Positions 35,501 to 44,242 of a DNA stretch of 53,699 bases are shown piece after piece; the stretch's first letter is position 1; each line of letters opens with the position of its first letter. Location: the NCBI GenBank assembly GCA_005881175.1, contig VBEN01000008.1:1-53699 (forward strand), written 5' to 3'. The position numbers and the translations under genes were made by a program. A model generated the notes under the pieces. The model saw only the letters and a list, made by a program, of their open reading frames with translations. It ran no database searches and was not told the origin of the DNA. This stretch comes from Chloroflexota bacterium. GTDB taxonomy: Bacteria; Chloroflexota; Dormibacteria; CF-121.

Positions 35501-37465
35501 ATGAAAAGGCTTGTTCGCCGTTTTTCTGCCTTATCGAGGCTGCGCCGCAAATGGATGCTCGTGCCCACGTTCGTGGCGCTCGCCCTTCTCGTTACCGGTG
35601 GTCTGTGGTACCTAGGACACGCCGGAGCAAATTCCGTGTGGAACCAGCCAAGTGTTCCGATCAGCGATGTGCTCGATCGCGTCGACCGCGGCGAGATCCT
35701 GGGCGCCAGCATCAGCGGTCAGCGCATCCTCTTAACCGACCAGGCCGGCCATCAATCGTGGACCATCGAAAAAGAATCGTCCATGGGATCGACCGAGCAG
35801 TACCTGCGGAATCACAACGTCAAAGTCGCGGTTCAGTCGACCGACGAAACCTCGTTCGCCACCATGCTGCCGAACCTGCTCGGACTGCTTGTCCTGCTGG
35901 CGTTGCTGTTCATCTTGCTACGACGGTCCAACCTCCTGGGCAGTCCGATGGGGGCCATGACGAAACATCTCGCCGACGCCCGTCTGGGCGACGGCGAGCA
36001 GGTGACCTTCTCCCAGGTGGTCGGTGTCGATGAAGCCAAGCACGAGCTGGAAGAGGTTGTCGAATTCCTCAAAGCTCCGAGCAATTTCGGGAAGCTGGGC
36101 GCTCGCATGCCGCGCGGCATCCTGCTCGTCGGTCCTCCGGGGACCGGAAAGACGCTTCTCTCTCGGGCGGTGGCCGGCGAGGCCAAGGTCCCCTATTTCT
36201 CGTTAAGCGGTTCGGACTTCGTCGAGATGTTCGTCGGCGTGGGCGCCGCCCGCGTCCGTGACCTCTTTCGGCACGCGAAGAAGAACTCCCCGTGCCTGGT
36301 GTTCCTTGACGAGATCGACGCACTCGGGCGCAAGCGTGGCGGTGCGCAGATCCGCACCAATGAGGAGCGTGAGCAAACCCTCAACCAGTTGCTCGTGGAG
36401 ATGGACGGGTTCAATACCGACTCTGCTGTCGTCGTGATCGCGGCCACAAACCGTCCGGACGTCCTTGATCCGGCGCTGCTGCGCTCCGGCCGCTTCGATC
36501 GGCGGGTGGCGATCGACGCGCCCGACCTCAATGGCCGGCGCGCGATCCTGAGCCTCTATGCTGCCCAGAAGCCGCTGGCCGAGAACATCGACCTCGACGT
36601 GGTCGCCAGGCAGACGCCGGGCTTCACCGGTGCTGACCTTGCCAACCTCCTGAACGAGGCGGCCATCCTCGCCGCCCGGAACAAGAAAGTCGCGATTGGC
36701 AGGCAGGAGCTGGACGAGGCCAGCCTTCGCGTGATGGCCGGACCCGAGAAGCGCAGCCGGATGATCACGCCGGAGGAGAAGTCGATCATCGCCTACCATG
36801 AGGTCGGCCACGCGTTGGTGATGAAATCGATTGCGAAGAGCGACCCGGTGCACAAGGTCTCGGTGGTATCGCGCGGGCAGGCCCTGGGCGTCACCATCCA
36901 GCTCCCGTTGAAGGACCGTTACCTGACCTCGAAGTCTGAGCTGATGACCCGGATGGCGGCGGCGATGGGTGGCCGCGCGGCTGAAGAGATCATCTTCGGC
37001 GATGTCACCACCGGCGCGAAGCAGGACATCGAGCAGGCCACTAGCATCGCGCGCCAGATGGTCTGCGAGTTTGGAATGAGCGAGCGGCTCGGCCTGGTGA
37101 CCTTGCACCGCCGCGGCGAGGGTGACAGCTTGTTCTTCTCCGAGTTGACCGCGGCCGATGTCGACGCGGAAGTGAAGGCGCTGACCGACACGGCGTATCG
37201 CCACGCGTACGATATCTGCCAGACTCGTCGGTCCACGCTGGTGCGAATCGCCGAGCACCTACAGATCGTGGAAACGATCGATGGCGATGAGCTCGACCGC
37301 CTGCTGTTGGAAGAGGCAATGCCTCCGGTCACGGTCATGTTGCCGAAAGTCGAGGAGTCGGCTGTCGCCGGGCGGATCGCGGCCGCCGAAGCTAATGACT
37401 GGGAGGACTCGTCCGCTGCTTCGGCTGTCGAGAGCGATGCCGAGCCGCCGCTTGCCGCGAGCTAG
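35501..37465 (+). CDS. ftsH: ATP-dependent zinc metalloprotease FtsH
   Basis: Two TM segments, [24 protein letters not shown] motif, HEVGH. Confidence 0.96.
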   Translation: MKRLVRRFSALSRLRRKWMLVPTFVALALLVTGGLWYLGHAGANSVWNQPSVPISDVLDRVDRGEILGASISGQRILLTDQAGHQSWTIEKESSMGSTEQYLRNHNVKVAVQSTDETSFATMLPNLLGLLVLLALLFILLRRSNLLGSPMGAMTKHLADARLGDGEQVTFSQVVGVDEAKHELEEVVEFLKAPSNFGKLGARMPRGILLVGPPGTGKTLLSRAVAGEAKVPYFSLSGSDFVEMFVGVGAARVRDLFRHAKKNSPCLVFLDEIDALGRKRGGAQIRTNEEREQTLNQLLVEMDGFNTDSAVVVIAATNRPDVLDPALLRSGRFDRRVAIDAPDLNGRRAILSLYAAQKPLAENIDLDVVARQTPGFTGADLANLLNEAAILAARNKKVAIGRQELDEASLRVMAGPEKRSRMITPEEKSIIAYHEVGHALVMKSIAKSDPVHKVSVVSRGQALGVTIQLPLKDRYLTSKSELMTRMAAAMGGRAAEEIIFGDVTTGAKQDIEQATSIARQMVCEFGMSERLGLVTLHRRGEGDSLFFSELTAADVDAEVKALTDTAYRHAYDICQTRRSTLVRIAEHLQIVETIDGDELDRLLLEEAMPPVTVMLPKVEESAVAGRIAAAEANDWEDSSAASAVESDAEPPLAAS

Positions 37466-37824
37466 ATAATCTCTTCGTACAGGTCGTAGACCTGTTTGAG
37501 GTCGTCTGGCGGTTTCACTCCGCCACGCTTGAGCGACTCCAGCAGCATCAGGATGTACTTGACGCCGGCCAGGTTGACGCCCTTCTCTCGGGTCAGCTGC
37601 TGGATGACCTGCAGCTTGCGCACGTTGCGTTGCGAGTAGCGCCGCCGGTTGGTGGCCGTGCGGTACGGCTCGATCAGGCCGAGGTCCTCGTACATCATCA
37701 AGGTGCGAGGATGGGTCTCGAGGATCTCTGACGCAACGCTGATGGTGTAGAGGGGCTTGTCGAGATCAAACGCCCCGGAGATGCGCGGGTCGCGATTCGG
37801 GACCAACGCTATTCCTTGACCCAA
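37462..37824 (-). CDS. HspR-like MerR-family regulator (copy 3; start TTG 37824 or 37806)
   Basis: LDKPLYTISVASEILETHPRTLMMYE, GVNLAGV. Confidence 0.92.
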   Translation of the reverse strand: MGQGIALVPNRDPRISGAFDLDKPLYTISVASEILETHPRTLMMYEDLGLIEPYRTATNRRRYSQRNVRKLQVIQQLTREKGVNLAGVKYILMLLESLKRGGVKPPDDLKQVYDLYEEII

Positions 37825-38198
37825 TCCTGTACGCCGCGGCTGAGGCTTGCGGGCGTGGTCTCGGACTTGATCAGATAATCGAGCGCGCCTAGCTTGAGAC
37901 CGCGATCGACCAACTCCTTTTCTCCGTAATTGGAGAGGATGATCACCGGGATGTTCTTGGTCACGCTATCCGAGCGCAGATTTTCCAGGACGGCAAACCC
38001 ATCCATCTTGGGAAGCCGGATGTCGAGAAACACGATGTCCGGCACCTGATTCTTGGCATGGTCGAGGCCCTCTTCGCCGGACTTGGCTACGGTAACCCGG
38101 TAGCCGTCGAGCTCGAGCTTGAGCTTGTACATCTCGGCGACCGCCGGGTCATCTTCGATGAAGAGGACGTTAACGTCCTCATCGACCACGTCACTCAT
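37809..38198 (-). CDS. single-domain response regulator (RR1)
   Basis: AAGGAGG RBS; IEDD, FLDIRLPKMDG, ILSN, YLIK. Confidence 0.93.
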   Translation of the reverse strand: MSDVVDEDVNVLFIEDDPAVAEMYKLKLELDGYRVTVAKSGEEGLDHAKNQVPDIVFLDIRLPKMDGFAVLENLRSDSVTKNIPVIILSNYGEKELVDRGLKLGALDYLIKSETTPASLSRGVQDWVKE

Positions 38199-38410
38199 GT
38201 CCCCTCCTTAGCCGCCGTATCGCGAAACTCGACATCGTGCCTGTCACCTTTCCCCCCTTTCTATCGGTGGTTAGTATAACCAAGTTCACCCAGGATTCCG
38301 AAATTTGCCGATAAAAAGCCCGTGTCGGTCGGGCAAAACGCAAGTGGTACGATGGCCGTAGCTCCTGGGAGTCCCGTCCGGGGTTGGCGCGGGAGGAGCG
38401 TATTTTTCAG

Positions 38411-38644
38411 ATGGGATATTTGCGAGGTCTCACCCATGGCGCGATCGCCGGGGTCGTGCTTGGGCTCCTGTATGCGCCCGAGTCCGGGGTCAGCATGCGG
38501 CAGCGGGTGGCGCGCCTGCTCGGTCAGGCGGAGGACATGATGGCCGCCGACAGCACAGCGGTGGCGCCGGGTTCGCCGGTTATGCCCCGCCGGCGGGGCA
38601 GCTCCGGGAACAGAAAGCAGGGCCAGGCGCCCATAGGAGGATGA
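38411..38644 (+). CDS. YtxH-domain protein
   Basis: GAIAGVVLGLLYAPESG..MR motif. Confidence 0.8.
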   Translation: MGYLRGLTHGAIAGVVLGLLYAPESGVSMRQRVARLLGQAEDMMAADSTAVAPGSPVMPRRRGSSGNRKQGQAPIGG

Positions 38645-39021
38645 CGATGGATCAGACCGTGGAGAAGACGATCGACCGGTTGAGCGACCTACTCGACCGC
38701 GCGAACAAGGCGGCTCAAGACCTTGAGGTGAAAGACCGTTTAACCGATGCGGTTGCCGCCCTCCGACGGACCCGCATCACCCAGGACGAGGACGCCGGTA
38801 TCGAGCGGTTTGTTACCGGGCTTCTGATCGGGGTGGCGGTCGGCTTTGGGCTGGCATTGCTGCTCGCGCCCAAGTCGGGCGAGGAGATGCGAGATGACCT
38901 GATGCAGCGCGGCATCGAGCTGCGCGACCGCGCCGGCGAGCTCGCATCCAAAATGCCGTTCGGCGACGGGGAGCAGGGCCGCACCGAAAAAGCCCCGACC
39001 GACCAGCCTGGGATCGCCTGA
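38641..39021 (+). CDS. YtxH-domain protein
   Basis: FVTGLLIG...LLLAPKSGEEMR motif; ATGA overlap with the preceding gene. Confidence 0.88.
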   Translation: MTMDQTVEKTIDRLSDLLDRANKAAQDLEVKDRLTDAVAALRRTRITQDEDAGIERFVTGLLIGVAVGFGLALLLAPKSGEEMRDDLMQRGIELRDRAGELASKMPFGDGEQGRTEKAPTDQPGIA

Positions 39022-39060
39022 CCCGACCGAAGCGCGAACGAGGGAAGGATTCGGCCGGAC

Positions 39061-41358
39061 TCAGCCGTTCGCCGGCTTGCACTTGTCCGGTGGGCCAGGC
39101 GGGCAGATCGTCGGTGCCGGAGATGGGGCAGGTGATGGCGCCGGTGCCGGCGGTGGCTTCGGCGCGTTGATGACACAGTAGACGCCATCGACGGTGATCT
39201 GCGAATAACTCAGGTTGTAGGGGCTGTAGTTTGCCGGGAGCTTGCACTGGGGCCACGGCTGCGCCAGCGTTTTCGGCAGGTTTTCGGTGCCGGTCAGGAA
39301 GTAACTTTGCCCAATCTGGTGAATCCCGGCCGGAACGGCGCTGTACCACTCATCCGGTTTGCCGGCGAGTGCCTGCGTCATGAACTTGTGCCAGATGGGA
39401 GCCGCGCCGACGATTCCAGTCGAGTTGTGGCTCAGCGGCTTGTTGTCCGGGTTTCCCACCCAGACGGCGGTCGCCAGGCTGGGGGTGAAACCGACCGTCC
39501 AATTATCTTTGAAATCATTGGTGGTGCCGGTCTTGGCAGCGACGTGACGCCCAGCCAGCGTCAGGTCGCCCCCACAGCCGAAACTCATGCAACGGTTGCG
39601 GTCGTCGGACATGATGGAGGCGATGATGAAGGCGACGCCGGGGTCGACAGCGCGGTACTCCACCGTTTTTGGATCGTAGGTGTAGACCGCGCGACCCAGC
39701 CCGTCCTTGATACTCAGAATCGGGGCTTCGCGGTGCCGGACGCCGAGCGTCGCGAGGGTTGAGGCCGCGGTCGCCATATCGGCCAACCGCACCGGATAGG
39801 CACCCAGCGTCAGGCTCATGCCATAGGTGTCAACGGAGCGCGGCTTATCGCACGGCTCCCCTAAGCAGGTGAGGCCGAGACGATGCGCCATGTCGACGAC
39901 TGCTGGAATACCGGTACGAAGCTCGACTTTCAAGGCCGGGATGTTGAGTGAGTTGCCCATCACCATCTTCAGCGGCAGCGTGCCGTGGAAGCGCCGATCG
40001 TAGTTTTGGGGGATGTACTTGGCGAATCCGCTGGCGTAGCCCGGACCATCGCCACCGATGGGAAACACCATCGGGGCGTCCTGGACTGGGCTCAGCATGT
40101 TCACCTTCCGGCTCTCGATCGCCGCGGTATAGGTGAAGATCTTGAAGCTCGAGCCAGGCGGGCGGGCGACATCGTACGCGAAGTTGAACTGGCCGCCGGG
40201 TCGGTTGTAGTCGACGCCGCCGACCATGGCGAGAACCTGGCCGGTTTTGGGGTCCATGCTGACCAGGGCCGCATCATGAAAGTTGTAGAAGCTGCCCTTC
40301 TGCGCCACCTGGTCGCGGACCACCTTCTCCGCCATGTGCTGGAGATTCAGGTCGAGGCTGGTGTAGACGCGATAGCCCCGCTGATCGCTGGAATTGATGC
40401 CGTGTTCCTTGGCGAGCGTCTTCAAGACATAGTCGACGAAGTAGGGCGCCTCGAATTTGGTGACAGGCGAGAAGACCTGTAGCTTGTCGGCGTAGGCGGA
40501 CTGCGCCTGTGCCGCCGTAATGAACTTCTCGCCGACCATGGCGGCGAGCACCTGGGCCTGGCGCTGCTTGGCCGACGCGAAATTGACGACGGGGTTATAG
40601 CGCGTCGGTGCCTGAGGGAGCCCGGCCAGCATGGCGGCCTGCGCCAGCGAGACGTCATGGGCGTTCGTCTGGAAATAGCTGCGAGCCGCCGCCTCGATGC
40701 CGTAGGTCTGACTGCCATAGAAGATGGTATTGAGATACATTTCCAGGATCTGATTCTTGCTGTACTCGCGGTTCAGCTCGATGGCTAGGATCGCTTCCTT
40801 CATCTTGCGCTGGATGTCGTTGGGCGCATTGCTGCCGATGTAGACCTGCTTGATCAACTGCTGGCTGATCGTGCTGCCGCCCTGCTGAATGTGATGGTGC
40901 TGGTAGTTCGCGATTGCGGCACGAAGAATGCCGCCAACATCGATGCCGCTGTTGCTGTAGAAGGTCCGGTCCTCGGTAGCGAGGGTCGCCTTCACCACCC
41001 ATGGCGAGACGTAGTTAAGGGGTACCACGATCCGGTGGTTGCCCTCTTTGCCGACGTCGGCGAGCAGTTGGCCATGCCGGTCGTAGATCAGGGTGTCCTG
41101 TTGCAGCTTGTCCGAGGACAGGCCGCTGACGGCGGGCAGGGGCCCGACGGCCTGGGCGGTGATGGCGGGGATGCCCATCAACGGCACCAGCAGCACGACC
41201 ATCAGGCCAAGGATCACGGTGCGCCGGAAGTCGGCGCGGCTGCGCTTCCGCCACCGGTCCACGTTGCGCTGCGTGCGCCGACGAGCCGCTAGGCGCTCAG
41301 AAACCCGGAGATCCCCGAAAGCAGGAGCCACAGAGAGAGGAGCATAACCGCTCCCCAC
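39061..41358 (-). CDS. class A penicillin-binding protein (transglycosylase plus transpeptidase); start uncertain
   Basis: EDRTF, GGSTISQQL, RKMKE; SSFK, SLN, KTG motifs. Confidence 0.95.
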   Translation of the reverse strand: MGSGYAPLSVAPAFGDLRVSERLAARRRTQRNVDRWRKRSRADFRRTVILGLMVVLLVPLMGIPAITAQAVGPLPAVSGLSSDKLQQDTLIYDRHGQLLADVGKEGNHRIVVPLNYVSPWVVKATLATEDRTFYSNSGIDVGGILRAAIANYQHHHIQQGGSTISQQLIKQVYIGSNAPNDIQRKMKEAILAIELNREYSKNQILEMYLNTIFYGSQTYGIEAAARSYFQTNAHDVSLAQAAMLAGLPQAPTRYNPVVNFASAKQRQAQVLAAMVGEKFITAAQAQSAYADKLQVFSPVTKFEAPYFVDYVLKTLAKEHGINSSDQRGYRVYTSLDLNLQHMAEKVVRDQVAQKGSFYNFHDAALVSMDPKTGQVLAMVGGVDYNRPGGQFNFAYDVARPPGSSFKIFTYTAAIESRKVNMLSPVQDAPMVFPIGGDGPGYASGFAKYIPQNYDRRFHGTLPLKMVMGNSLNIPALKVELRTGIPAVVDMAHRLGLTCLGEPCDKPRSVDTYGMSLTLGAYPVRLADMATAASTLATLGVRHREAPILSIKDGLGRAVYTYDPKTVEYRAVDPGVAFIIASIMSDDRNRCMSFGCGGDLTLAGRHVAAKTGTTNDFKDNWTVGFTPSLATAVWVGNPDNKPLSHNSTGIVGAAPIWHKFMTQALAGKPDEWYSAVPAGIHQIGQSYFLTGTENLPKTLAQPWPQCKLPANYSPYNLSYSQITVDGVYCVINAPKPPPAPAPSPAPSPAPTICPPGPPDKCKPANG

Positions 41359-41483
41359 CCTGCTCCGCTCGCCAGCGCCCGAGCCGTCGACCGGCGCTGA
41401 CGCCGGATCTGCCGTCGGCGAGCGGCGAGGGACGAGAGGCCGTCGGCGGTTACTGAGTGGGTCGCATGCCGGATGTATATCAA
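41289..41483 (-). CDS. possible small membrane protein upstream of the PBP
   Basis: TTG with AGGGG RBS and TACAAT upstream; Arg-rich segment then a C-terminal TM. Confidence 0.45.
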   Translation of the reverse strand: MIYIRHATHSVTADGLSSLAARRRQIRRQRRSTARALASGAGWGAVMLLSLWLLLSGISGFLSA

Positions 41484-41676
41484 TTCAGGCCCCTAAATCG
41501 TACCGTTACTGCTCTACGGAAATCTGACTTAGCCATTGTAACCTAAGCGGAGCTCCTCTGTACGGAATAGGCCTGACCGTGTCGCCGGCTGCCTCTGTCC
41601 AACGGCGCGGCCCGGACTTTGGTTACGGCCGTGGTGAAGCTGTCGCGAGGGGACGCCTACTTATAATGGGGCAGCG

Positions 41677-42222
41677 TTGTCGAGCCAGGTATCGCCCGGG
41701 AGTGGCACCGTGTTCTGCCGCTTGTGCGGCAAGCCGATCGAGTCGGACGCCCGGTTCTGTCGGTTTTGTGGGAAGTCTCAGGCAGAGCCGGCCGGACGGC
41801 CCGCGGCATCGACCCCGAGCCGCCTCGGGCGCACCGGCTTCAACCTGGAAGACCGCCTTCAGCAGCTGTTTCCACGGCATCCGCTCCAGGACGAGTTCAT
41901 GCATATCGGCAGCATCGCGGCCTTCTTCATGGCGCTGATCGGCTTCGTGCTCGGCTTCTTTACATCCGCGATGGGCAGCCCATGGCTGAGCGTGAACTTC
42001 CTGCTGGGGTCGGTTGCCCTGCTCCTCTACCTGATTTTGCGCCAGTCAACCCTGAGCCAGGTTCGACCCCATGCGGACGGCCCAACTGCGACGGAGGCCG
42101 GGACCGCGAGTGGCCAGCAGGCCGGACGGCGGGGGGCGGGGGCATCTGAGGTTTCCAGCGAAGCCGCGACCGCCGAGTCTTCGCCACCGGGCGCCACCCG
42201 CCCACCAGCCACCCCGCGATAA
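41677..42222 (+). CDS. zinc-ribbon membrane protein
   Basis: FCRLCG...FCRFCG followed by two TM segments; TATAAT upstream. Confidence 0.8.
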   Translation: MSSQVSPGSGTVFCRLCGKPIESDARFCRFCGKSQAEPAGRPAASTPSRLGRTGFNLEDRLQQLFPRHPLQDEFMHIGSIAAFFMALIGFVLGFFTSAMGSPWLSVNFLLGSVALLLYLILRQSTLSQVRPHADGPTATEAGTASGQQAGRRGAGASEVSSEAATAESSPPGATRPPATPR

Positions 42223-42246
42223 AAAAACCGGCCCGAAGGCCGGTTT
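42221..42246. terminator. bidirectional intrinsic terminator
   Basis: A7-CCGGCC-CGAA-GGCCGG-TTT between convergent genes. Confidence 0.85.
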
Positions 42247-42263
42247 GCGCGATGTCCGGTACG

Positions 42264-42452
42264 CTACAGTCCCTTCTCGCCTTCGACCGGCTCGCCCGTG
42301 GCGGGCTCGCCTTCGGTCATCTCGCGTCCGGCGCCTTCGACGTCACCTTTCACCTTCTGCGCCTTACCTTCCCACTCCATCTTCTTGTCGCCGCTCAGCT
42401 TCCCGCCGGTATCCTTCAGTTCGCCTTCCGCCTTGTCGCCAAGCTCGCCCAC
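42264..42452 (-). CDS. CsbD-family stress protein
   Basis: GGAGG RBS and GTG; DKAEG.LK...GKLSGDKKME.EGKAQKVKG. Confidence 0.88.
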   Translation of the reverse strand: MGELGDKAEGELKDTGGKLSGDKKMEWEGKAQKVKGDVEGAGREMTEGEPATGEPVEGEKGL

Positions 42453-42689
42453 GCTGCACCTCCCTAGATTTAACGCCGACGATGGCGCTGTTAGCAAACA
42501 TGATAACAGCGCACTGAGGTTCTGTCTATATCATGAGCCCCCGGGTGGGCCTTCAACTGAGTTCACATCTATTTACGAATCCTACGTTGAGGCCGCTCAC
42601 CATGCGCCCCTATACTCTCAGGGCGATTTCGCCGTCCCAATTCACGCGGCGGACCGTCAGGACCGGAAGCAAGAGAACTGGAGGAACCT

Positions 42690-43037
42690 ATGGTAACCGC
42701 CGTCAAGCGCGAGACCCGACGCGACACGAACATCTCCCTCGACAAGCCGATCTACACCATCAGCGTGGCATCGGAGATCCTGGAGACCCATCCGCGGACC
42801 CTGATGATGTACGAGCACCTCGGCTTGGTCGTGCCCAAGCGGACATCGACGAACCGGCGGCGCTTCTCGCAGCGCGACGTCATGAAGCTGCAGACGATCC
42901 AGAAGCTCACCCGGCAGCACTCCGTCAACCTGGCGGGGGTCCGTTACATCATGAAACTGCTGAAGCTGCTTTACGAAAACCAGCTGACGGCACCGGTCGA
43001 GCTTCGCGACATCGACGTATCGCAGCTCGACGTCTAA
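42690..43037 (+). CDS. HspR-like MerR-family regulator (copy 4)
   Basis: GGAGG RBS; LDKPIYTISVASEILETHPRTLMMYE; TTGAGG-N18-TATACT upstream. Confidence 0.93.
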   Translation: MVTAVKRETRRDTNISLDKPIYTISVASEILETHPRTLMMYEHLGLVVPKRTSTNRRRFSQRDVMKLQTIQKLTRQHSVNLAGVRYIMKLLKLLYENQLTAPVELRDIDVSQLDV

Positions 43038-43143
43038 ACGCGACGGATCGCCTGGGCGGCCGCTGAAATTTTTGCGGATCGTTATGCGCAGGGTTCCCGG
43101 TTTACCGACAGTCGGCGCGGGACAATTACTGACTGTGCTCCTG

Positions 43144-43172
43144 TTGACAAGACTCGTGGGCCTTCCTATAAT
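43144..43172 (+). promoter_or_regulatory. perfect-consensus sigma70 promoter
   Basis: TTGACA (43144-43149), 17-nt spacer, TATAAT (43167-43172). Confidence 0.9.
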
Positions 43173-43177
43173 CCGCA

Positions 43178-43232
43178 TTAGTTCTCTTGCCCCCCTCTTC
43201 GGGCCCTCCCTTCGGAGGGCCTTAAACTTTTC
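43178..43232 (+). ncRNA. candidate short C-rich RNA or structured leader
   Basis: CUUGCCCCCCUCUUC, then GGCCCTCC/GGAGGGCC hairpin and TTAAACTTTT, right after the consensus promoter. Confidence 0.4.
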
Positions 43233-43348
43233 TGGGGGATTCCCGACGGTTGGGCGTATGCCTTGGAGGCATCGGGCCGTATCACTTTCCACAAGGGCGG
43301 CGAGATTCACCGACTTCGTCTATACTGCTTCGCGCCAAGGGGAGTGTT

Positions 43349-43777
43349 ATGGAAAGTAAGACGCGCCGCGGCGCCGGAGCGAGCCGGGCGACGCAGACGG
43401 ATGAGGATCTGGTCGATGTTCTCCTCGTGGAAGACGATCCCTCCGTTCTGGAGATGTACCGCCTCAAGCTGGAGCTCGATGGTTATCGCGTCAACACCGC
43501 GCTCGATGGCGAGGAAGGCCTCAAGAAAGCGGGAGACCTGACGCCCGACATCATCTTCCTCGATATCCGCCTGCCGAAAATGGACGGGCTCGAGGTGTTG
43601 AGAAAATTGCGAGCGCAAGAGAAGACGCGGGATATTCCGGTTATCATCCTTTCTAATTACGATGAAGAGGATCTGGTCGCGCGCGGGTTGCGCCTGGGGG
43701 CCCACGAATACCTCATCAAGGCGCGGACCACGCCGACCAGTCTGTCTGAGGGGATTGAGGATTGGCTAAAGGAGTAA
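43349..43777 (+). CDS. single-domain response regulator (RR2)
   Basis: TATACT at 43321 and GGGAG RBS; VEDD, FLDIRLPKMDG, ILSN, YLIK. Confidence 0.93.
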   Translation: MESKTRRGAGASRATQTDEDLVDVLLVEDDPSVLEMYRLKLELDGYRVNTALDGEEGLKKAGDLTPDIIFLDIRLPKMDGLEVLRKLRAQEKTRDIPVIILSNYDEEDLVARGLRLGAHEYLIKARTTPTSLSEGIEDWLKE

Positions 43778-44109
43778 CCCGTCGCGCACCGTCTGACACG
43801 AGCCTGTCGCTGGATAAGCCGATCTACACCATCAGCGTTGCCTCGGAGATTCTGCAGACCCATCCTCGAACGCTGATGATGTACGAGCACCTGGGCCTGG
43901 TTGTCCCCAAGCGCACGTCCACCAACCGCCGCCGCTTTTCACAGCGCGATATCCGAAAACTCCAGGCGATCCAGACCTTAACGCGCCAGCATGGCGTCAA
44001 CCTCAATGGCGCCCGCTACGTATTGCGTTTGCTCCGAATCCTGGTCGACAACGGGCTACAGGCCCCGGCCGAACTCCGCGACCTCGACGTTAAAGAACTG
44101 GACGTCTAG
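43762..44109 (+). CDS. HspR-like MerR-family regulator (copy 5)
   Basis: Core nearly identical to copy 4; TTG start lies inside the 3' end of RR2. Confidence 0.92.
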   Translation: MAKGVTRRAPSDTSLSLDKPIYTISVASEILQTHPRTLMMYEHLGLVVPKRTSTNRRRFSQRDIRKLQAIQTLTRQHGVNLNGARYVLRLLRILVDNGLQAPAELRDLDVKELDV

Positions 44110-44242
44110 GACCAGCCGGTGCGGGCGCGTCCCGCGCCGTCGTCGGGAAGGGAAAGCTCTCGTCACACGGGGGCAACATCTCTGCAGCGATGCGATGGCC
44201 GAAATGTTGGCTTTGATTGCGCTCGATACTTTATGAGCACGC

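Noticed and set aside
1370-36789. Long antisense ORFs such as 1370-2416, 14276-15226, 27967-29151 and similar
   Set aside because: Typical high-GC shadow frames opposite well-supported genes, with no recognisable motifs
31746-44109. Naming the MerR genes hspR
   Set aside because: No chaperone genes or HAIR box seen nearby, the recognition helix differs, and there are five copies
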